Under the pieces are notes generated by a model. That model searched no databases. It was not told the DNA's origin and saw nothing but the letters and a program-made list of their open reading frames with translations. A DNA stretch of 64,000 nt from Eledone cirrhosa (Eukaryota): contig OZ024742.1 of assembly GCA_964016885.1 (NCBI GenBank), positions 235,600,001-235,664,000 of the forward strand, given 5' to 3'. Shown in pieces: positions 55,891 through 64,000 of this stretch (positions within the stretch are counted from its first letter, which is position 1; every line of letters begins with the position of its first letter). Made by a program: the position numbers and the translations under genes.

Positions 55891-58800
55891 GAAAGGTGAC
55901 TGTATCAGAACTATTGTAGTTGAAAGGTGACTGTATCAGAACTATTGTAGTGGAAAGGTGACTGTATCAGAACTAATTTAGTTGAAAGGTGACTGTATCA
56001 GAACTAATGTAGTTGAAAGGTGACTGTATAAGAACTAATGTAGTTGAAAGGTGACTGTATCAGAACTATTGTAGTAGAAAGGTGACTGTATCAGAACTAT
56101 TGTAGTGGAAAGGTGACTGTATCAGAACTAATGTAGTTGAAAGGTGACTGTATCAGAACTATTGTAGTTGAAAGGTGACTGTATCAGAACTATTGTAGTA
56201 GAAAGGTGACTGTATCAGAGCTATTGTAGTTGAAAGGTGACTGTATCAGAACTATTGTAGTGTAAAGGTGACTGTATCAGAACTAATGTAGTTGAAAGGT
56301 GACTGTATCAGAACTATTGTAGTTGAAAGGTGACAGTATCAGAACTATTGTAGTAGAAAGGTGACTGTATCAGAACTATTGTAGTTGAAAGGTGACTGTA
56401 TCAGAAATATTGTAGTTGAAAGGTGACTGTATCCGAAGTATTGTAGTTGAAAGGTGACTGTATCAGAACTATTGTAGTTGAAAGGTGACTGTATCAGAAC
56501 TATTGTAGTTGAAAGGTGACTGTATCAGAACAATTGTAGTGGAAAGGTGACTTTATCAGAACTATTGTAGTTGAAAGGTGACCGTATCAGAACTATTGTA
56601 GTTGAAAGGTGACTGTATCAGAACTATTGTAGTTGAAAGGTGACTGTATCAGAACTATTGTGAGATGGAAGGTGACTGTATCAGAACTATTGTAGTGGAA
56701 AGGTGACTGTATCAGAACAATTGTGAGATGGAAGGTGACTGTATCAGAACTATTGTAGTGGAAAGGTGACTGTATCAGAACTATTGTGAGATGGAAGGTG
56801 ACTGTATCAGAACTATTGTAGTGGAAAGGTGACTGTAACAGAACTAATGTGAGACGGAAGGTGACTGTATCAGAACTATTGTGGGATGGAAGTTGACTGT
56901 AATAGAACTATTGTGAGATGGAAGGTGACTGTAACAGAACTATTGTGAGATGGAAGGTGACTGTATCAGAACTATTGTGAGATGGAAGGTGACTGTATCA
57001 GAACTATTGTGAGATGGAAGGTGACTGTAACAGAACTAATGTGAGATGGAAGGTGACTGTAACAGAACTATTGTGAGATGGAAGGTGACTGTATCAGAAC
57101 TATTGTGAGATGGAAGGTGACTGTAACAGAACTATTGTGGGATAGAAGGTGACTGTAACAGAACTATTATGAAGTGGAAGGGTATGAGAACTATGTGAGA
57201 TGGAAGGTGACTGTATCAGAACTATTGTGCGATGGAAGGTGACTGTATCAGAACTAATGTGAGATAGAAGGTGACTGTAACAGAACTATTGTGAGATGGA
57301 AGGTGACTGTATCATAACTATTGTGAGATGGAAGGTGACTGTAACAGAACTATTGTAGTGGAAAGGTGACTGTATCAGAACTATTGTAGTTGAAACGTGA
57401 CTGTATCAGAACTATTGTAGTGGAAAGGTGACTGTATCAGAACTAATGTAGTTGAAAGGTGACTGTATCAGAACTAATGTAGTTGAAAGGTGACTGTATA
57501 AGAACTAATGTAGTTGAAAGGTGACTGTATCAGAACTATTGTAGTAGAAAGGTGACTGTATCAGAACTATTGTAGTGGAAAGGTGACTGTATCAGAACTA
57601 ATGTAGTTGAAATGTGACTGTATCAGAACTATTGTAGTTGAAAGGTGACTGTATCAGAACTATTGTAGTAGAAAGGTGACTGTATCAGAACTATTGTAGT
57701 TGAAAGGTGACTGTATCAGAACTATTGTAGTGGAAAGGTGACTGTATCAGAACTAATGTAGTTGAAAGGTGACTGTATCAGAACTATTGTAGTAGAAAGT
57801 TGACTGTATCAGAAGTATTGTAGTTGAAAGGTGACTGTATCAGAACTATTGTAGTTGAAAGGTGACTGTATCAGAACTATTGTGAGATGGAAGGTGACTG
57901 TATCAGAACTATTGGAGTGGAAAGGTGACTGTATCAGAACTATTGTGAGATGGAAGGTGACTGTATTAGAACTATTCTAGTGTAAAGGTGACTGTATCAG
58001 AACTATTGTAGTTGAAATGTGACTGTATCCGAAGTATAGTAGTGGAAAGATGGCTGTATCAGAACTATTGTAGTTGAAAGGTGACTGTATCAGAAATATT
58101 GTAGTTGAAAGGTGACTGTATCAGAACTATTGTAGTTGAAATGTGTCTGTATCTGAACTATTGTAGTTGAAAGGTGACTATATCAGAACTATTGTAGTTG
58201 AAAGGTGACTGTATCAGAAATATTGTAGTTGAAATGTGACTGTATCAGAACTATTGTAGTAGAAAGGTGACTGTATCAGAACTAATGTAGTTGAAAGGTG
58301 ACTGTATCAGAACTATTGTAGTTGAAAGGTGACTGTATCAGAACTATTGTAGTAGAAAGGTGACTGTTTCAGAACTAATGTAGTAGAAAGGTGACTGTAT
58401 CAGAACTAATGTAGTTGATAGGTGACTGTATCAGAACTAATGTAGTTGAAAGGTGACTGTATCAGAACTAATGTAGTTGAAAGGTGACTGTATCAGAACT
58501 ATTGTAGTTGAAAGGTGACTGTATCAGAACTATTGTAGTTGAAAGGTGACTGTATCAAAACTAATGTAGTTGAAAGGTGACTGTATCAGAACTATTGTAG
58601 TTGAAAGGTGACTGTATCAGAACTATTGTAGTTGAAAGGTGACTGTATCAGAACTATTGTGAGATGGAAGGTGACTGTATGAGAACTATTGTTGTTGAAA
58701 GGTGACTGTATCAGAACTAATGTAGTAGAAAGGTGACTGTATCAGAACTATTGTAGTAGAAAGGTGACTGTATCAGAACTAATGTAGTTGAAAGATGACT

Positions 58801-59429
58801 GTATCAGAACTATTGTAGTTGAAAGATGACTGTATCAGAACTATTGTAGTTGAAAGGTGACTGTATCAGAACTATTGTGAGATGGAAGGTGACTGTATCA
58901 GAACTATTGTGAGATAGAAGGTGACTGTATCAGAACTATTGTGAGATAGAAGGTGACTGTATGAGAACTATTGTTGTTGAAAGGTGACTGTATCAGAACT
59001 AATGTAGTAGAAAGGTGACTGTATCAGAACTATTATAGTAGAAAGGTGACTGTATCAGAACTAATGTAGTTGAAAGATGGCTGTATCAGAACTATTGTAG
59101 TTGAAAGGTGACTGTATCAGAACTATTGTGAGATGGAAGGTGACTGTATCAGAACTATTGTTGTTGAAAGGTGACTGTATCAGGACTAATGTAGTTGAAA
59201 GGTGACTGTATCAGAACTATTGTAGTTGAAAGGTGACTGTATCAGAACTATTGTGAGATAGAAGGTTACTGTATCAGAACTATTGTTGTTGAAATGTGAC
59301 TGTATCAGAACTATTGTAGTTGAAAGGTGACTGTATCAGAACTAATGTAGTTGAAATGTGACTGTATCAGAACTAATGTAGTTGAAAGGTGACTGTATAA
59401 GAATTAATGTAGTTGAAAGGTGACTGTAT

Positions 59430-62400
59430 CAGAACTATTGTGAGATGGAAGGTGACTGTATCAGAACTATTGTAGTGGAAAGGTGACTGTATAAGAACTA
59501 TTGTAGTTGAAAGGTGACTGTATCAGAGCTAACGTAGTTGAAAGGTGACTGTATCAGAAATATTGTAGTTGAAAGGTGACTGTATGAGAACTAATGTAGT
59601 GGGAAAGGTGACTGTATCAGAACTAATGTAGTTGAAAGGTGACTGTATAAGAATTAATTTAGTTGAAAGGTGACTGTATCAGAACTATTGTAGTTGAAAG
59701 GTGACTGTATCAGAACTATTGTAGTAGAAAGGTGACTGTATCAGAACTAATATAGTTGAAAGGTGACTGTATCAGAAATATTGTGAGATGGAAGGTGACT
59801 GTATCAGAACTATTGTAGTGGAAAGGTCACTATATAAGAACTATTGTAGTTGAAAGGTGACTGTATCAGAAGTATTGTAGTTGAAAGGTGACTGTATCAG
59901 AACTAATGTAGTTGAAAGGTGACTGTATCAGAACTAACCTTGTTGAAAGGTGACTGTATCAGAATTAATGTAGTTGAAAGGTGACCGTATAAGAATTAAT
60001 GTAGTTGAAAGGTGACTGTATCAGAGCTATTGTAGTTGAAAGGTGACTGTATGAGAACTAATGTAGTTGAAAGGTGACTGTATCAGAACTAACGTTGTTG
60101 AAAGGTGACTGTATGAGAACTATTGTAGTTGAAAGGTGACTGTATGAGAACTATTGTAGTTGATAGGTGACTGTATCAGAACTATTGTAGTTGAAAGGTG
60201 ACTGTATCAGAACTATTGTAGTTGAAAGGTGACTGTATCAGAACTATTGTAGTTGAAAGGTGACTGTATCAGAGCTATTGTAGTTGAAAGGTGACTGTAT
60301 CAGAACTATTGTGCGAAGGAAGGTGACTGTATCAGAACTAATGTGAGATAGAAGGTGACTGTAACAGAGCTATTGTGGGATGGAAGGTGACTGTATCAGA
60401 ACTATTGTGAGATGGAAGGTGACTGTAACAGAACTATTGTGAGATGGAAGGTGACTGTAACAGAACTATTGTGAGATGGAAGGTGACTGTATGAGAACTA
60501 TTGTGAGATGGAAGGTGACTGTAACAGAACTATTGTGAGATGGAAGGTGACTGTAACAGAACTATTGTGAGATGGAGGTGACTGTATGAGAACTATTGTG
60601 AGATGGAAGGTGACTGTAACAGAACTATTGTGAGATGGAAGGTGACTGTAACAGAACTATTGTGGGATGGAAGGTGACTGTATCAGAACTATTGTGAGAT
60701 GGAAGGTGACTGTATGAGAACTATTGTGAGATTGAAGGTGACTGTAACAGAACTATTGTGAGATGGAAGGTGACTGTATGAGAACTATTGTGAGATGGAA
60801 GGTGACTGTAACAGAACTATTGTGAGATGGAAGGTGACTGTAACAGAACTATTGTGAGATGGAAGGTGACTGTAACAGAACTATTGTGAGATGGAAGGTG
60901 ACTGTATGAGAACTATTGTGAGATGGAAGGTGACTGTAACAGAACTATTGTGAGATGGAAGGTGACTGTAACAGAACTATTGTGAGATGGAAGGTTACTG
61001 TAACAGAACTATTGTGAGATGGAAGGTGACTGTATCAGAACTATTGTGAGATGGAAGGTGACTGTATCAGAACTATTGTGAGATGGAAGGTGACTGTAAC
61101 AGAACTATTGTGAGATGGAAGGTGACTGTATGAGAACTATTGTGAGATGGAAGGTGACTGTAACAGAACTACTGTGAGATGGAAGATGACTGTAACAGAA
61201 CTATTCTGAGATGGAAGGTGACTGTAACAGAACTATTGTGAGATGGAAGGTGACTGTATGAGAACTATTGTGAAATGGAAGGTGACTGTAACAGAACTAT
61301 TGTGAGATGGAAGGTGACTGTAACAGAACTATTGTGAGATGGAAGGTGACTGTATCAGAACTATTGTGAGATGGAAGTTGACTGTAACAGAACTAATGTG
61401 AGATGGAAGGTGACTGTATCAGAACTATTGTGGGATGGAAGGTGACTGTAACAGAACTATTGTGAGATGGAAGGTGACTGTAACAGAACTATTGTGAGAT
61501 GGAAGTTGACTGTAACAGAACTATTGTGAGATGGAAGGTGACTGTATCAGAACTATTGTGAGATGGAAGTTGACTGTAACAGAACTATTGTGAGATGGAA
61601 GGTGACTGTATCAGAACTAATGTGAGATGGAAGGTGACTGTATCAGAACTATTGTGGGATGGAAGGTGACTGTAACAGAACTATTGTGAGATGGAAGGTG
61701 ACTGTAACAGAACTAACGTGAGATGGAAGGTGACTGTATCAGAACCAATGTGAGATGGAAGGTGACTGTATCAGAACTATTGTGAGATGGAAGGTGACTG
61801 TATCAGAACTAACGTGAGATGGAAGGTGACTGCATCATAAATATTGTGAGATGGAAGGTGACTGCATCATAAATATTGTGAGATGGAAGGTGACTGCATC
61901 ATAAATATTGTAGTGGAAAGGTGACTGTAACCGAACTATTGTGGGGTAGAAGGTGACTGTAACAGAACTATTGTGAGATGGAAGGTGACTGTATCAGAAC
62001 TATTGTGAGATGGAAGGTGACTGTATCAGAACTATTGTGAGATGGAAGGTGACTGTAACAGAACTATTGTGAGATGGAAGGTGACTGCTTCATAAATATT
62101 GTGAGATGGAAGGTGACTGTAACAGAACTATTGTGAGATGGAAGGTGACTGTAACAGAAATATTGTGAGATGGAAGGTGACTGTATCAGAACTATTGTGA
62201 GATGGAAGGTGACTGCATCAGACCCAATGTGAGATGGAAGGTGACTGTATCAGAACTATTGTGAGATGGAAGGTGACTGTAACAGAACTAATGTGAGATG
62301 GAAGGTGACTGTAACAGAACTATTGTGAGATGGAAGGTGACTGTATCAGACCCAATGTGAGATGGAAGGTGACTGTATCAGAACTATTGTGAGATGGAAG

Positions 62401-64000
62401 GTGACTGCATCAGACCCAATGTGAGATGGAAGGTGACTGTATCAGAACTATTGTGAGATGGAAGGTGACTGTAACAGACCCAATGTGAAATGGAAGGTGA
62501 CTGTATCAGAACTATTGTGAGATGGAAGGTGACTGTATCAGGACTATTGTAGTGGAAAGGTGACTGTATAAGAACTATTGTAGTTGAAAGGTGACTGTAT
62601 CAGAGCTAACGTAGTTGAAAGGTGACTGTATCAGAAATATTGTAGTTGAAAGGTGACTGTATGAGAACTAATGTAGTGGGAAAGGTGACTGTATCAGAAC
62701 TAATGTAGTTGAAAGGTGACTGTATAAGAATTAATTTAGTTGAAAGGTGACTGTATCAGAACTATTGTAGTTGAAAGGTGACTGTATCAGAACTATTGTA
62801 GTAGAAAGGTGACTGTATCAGAACTAATATAGTTGAAAGGTGACTGTATCAGAAATATTGTGAGATGGAAGGTGACTGTATCAGAACTATTGTAGTGGAA
62901 AGGTGACTGTATAAGAACTATTGTAGTTGAAAGGTGACTGTATCAGAGCTAACGTAGTTGAAAGGTGACTCTATCAGAAATATTGTAGTTGAAAGGTGAC
63001 TGTATGAGAACTAATGTAGTGGGAAAGGTGACTGTATCAGAACTAATGTAGTTGAAAGGTGACTGTATAAGAATTAATTTAGTTGAAAGGTGACTGTATC
63101 AGAACTATTGTAGTTGAAAGGTGACTGTATCAGAACTATTGTAGTAGAAAGGTGACTGTATCAGAACTAATATAGTTGAAAGGTGACTGTATCAGAAATA
63201 TTGTGAGATGGAAGGTGACTGTATCAGAACTATTGTAGTGGAAAGGTCACTATATAAGAACTATTGTAGTTGAAAGGTGACTGTATCAGAAGTATTGTAG
63301 TTGAAAGGTGACTGTATCAGAACTAATGTAGTTGAAAGGTGACTGTATCAGAACTAACGTTGTTGAAAGGTGACTGTATCAGAATTAATGTAGTTGAAAG
63401 GTGACCGTATAAGAATTAATGTAGTTGAAAGGTGACTGTATCAGAGCTATTGTAGTTGAAAGGTGACTGTATGAGAACTAATGTAGTTGAAAGGTGACTG
63501 TATCAGAACTAACGTTGTTGAAAGGTGACTGTATGAGAACTATTGTAGTTGAAAGGTGACTGTATGAGAACTATTGTAGTTGATAGGTGACTGTATCAGA
63601 ACTATTGTAGTTGAAAGGTGACTGTATCAGAACTATTGTAGTTGAAAGGTGACTGTATCAGAACTATTGTAGTTGAAAGGTGACTGTATCAGAGCTATTG
63701 TAGTTGAAAGGTGACTGTATCAGAACTATTGTGCGAAGGAAGGTGACTGTATCAGAACTAATGTGAGATAGAAGGTGACTGTAACAGAGCTATTGTGGGA
63801 TGGAAGGTGACTGTATCAGAACTATTGTGAGATGGAAGGTGACTGTAACAGAACTATTGTGAGATGGAAGGTGACTGTAACAGAACTATTGTGAGATGGA
63901 AGGTGACTGTATGAGAACTATTGTGAGATGGAAGGTGACTGTAACAGAACTATTGTGAGATGGAAGGTGACTGTAACAGAACTATTGTGAGATGGAGGTG
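59430..64000 (+). repeat. 3420-bp-offset duplication (about 59430-60580 = 62850-64000) with a nested 343-bp (11-monomer) tandem duplication at about 62520-63200
   Basis: 1-bp-insertion monomer AGTGGGAAAGG at 59598, 62675 and 63018 (offsets 3420 and 343); GTGCGAAGGAAGGTGAC at 60311/63731 (3420). Confidence 0.88.
60311..62550 (+). repeat. Longest type B run (~70 monomers, one A-type interruption near 61912) with private variants
   Basis: Continuous GAGATGGAAGG monomers, rich in the TAACAG variant; TGCATCATAAATATT and GACCCAATGT variants seen only here. Confidence 0.9.

Larger units (their letters stand above)
1..64000 (+). repeat. Tandem satellite/minisatellite array of 31-bp (type A) and 32-bp (type B) monomers, ~2,040 copies, single orientation, running off both window ends
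   Basis: Positions 1-31 (AGTTGAAAGGTGACTGTATCAGAACTATTGT) recur from position 32, and the core GGTGACTGTATCAGAACTATTGT recurs every 31-32 bp to the end of the window. Consensus A is 10A/10T/8G/3C (35% GC); consensus B is 10A/9T/10G/3C (41% GC). No intervening unique sequence seen. Confidence 0.99.

Noticed and set aside
1-64000. CRISPR array (repeat length of 31-32 bp, with GTTGAAAG/ATTGAAA resembling CRISPR repeat ends)
   Set aside because: Monomers abut directly; the variable segment is ~7 bp with two recurring states rather than unique spacers; no leader or cas genes.
1-64000. Giant repetitive protein-coding ORF on either strand
   Set aside because: Units of 31 and 32 bp are not multiples of three, so every frame passes through all phases. 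The + strand has TGA (and TAG in type A) and the - strand has TAG and usually TGA in each monomer, limiting open frames to about 100 bp.
1-64000. Telomerase-synthesised long telomeric repeat (G-rich strand bias)
   Set aside because: Heritable variants copied in kb-scale higher-order units indicate recombination or replication-based amplification rather than templated addition; no recognisable telomere motif or chromosome end.
9700-64000. A/B order or variant pattern as an encoded message or recording system
   Set aside because: The pattern is accounted for by nested tandem duplication and slippage; nothing in the window suggests a writer or reader, or acquisition of foreign sequence.
1-64000. 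Assignment to a named satellite family, organism or centromere function
   Set aside because: I do not recognise the consensus and saw no CENP-B box; a Dfam/Repbase/BLAST search and CENH3 ChIP would be needed.

Overview
The whole 64 kb window is one uninterrupted head-to-tail tandem (satellite/minisatellite) array of about 2,040 monomers, estimated as 64,000/~31.4 bp, all in the same orientation. There are two monomer types sharing a 25-bp core (AAGGTGACTGTATCAGAACTATTGT): type A, 31 bp, AGTTGAAAGGTGACTGTATCAGAACTATTGT, and type B, 32 bp, GAGATGGAAGGTGACTGTATCAGAACTATTGT. They differ by one inserted G and two substitutions, and occur mostly in alternating blocks. I found no gene, RNA gene, transposon, CRISPR spacer or unique sequence; both strands carry stop codons that rotate through all frames. 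The information lies in rare monomer variants, which act as barcodes for nested higher-order repeats: 63-64 bp dimers, 343, 703 and ~1,000 bp units, a recurring 1.7-2.3 kb A+B cassette, 3.2-3.6 kb units, and two overlapping ~10 kb tandem duplications whose junctions map to 51 bp and 9 bp. The array is most consistent with eukaryotic heterochromatic satellite DNA. Organism, family and function cannot be assigned from sequence alone, and I cannot support a novel protein- or RNA-based system. Offsets were hand-counted from marker variants; block boundaries are approximate to about one monomer.
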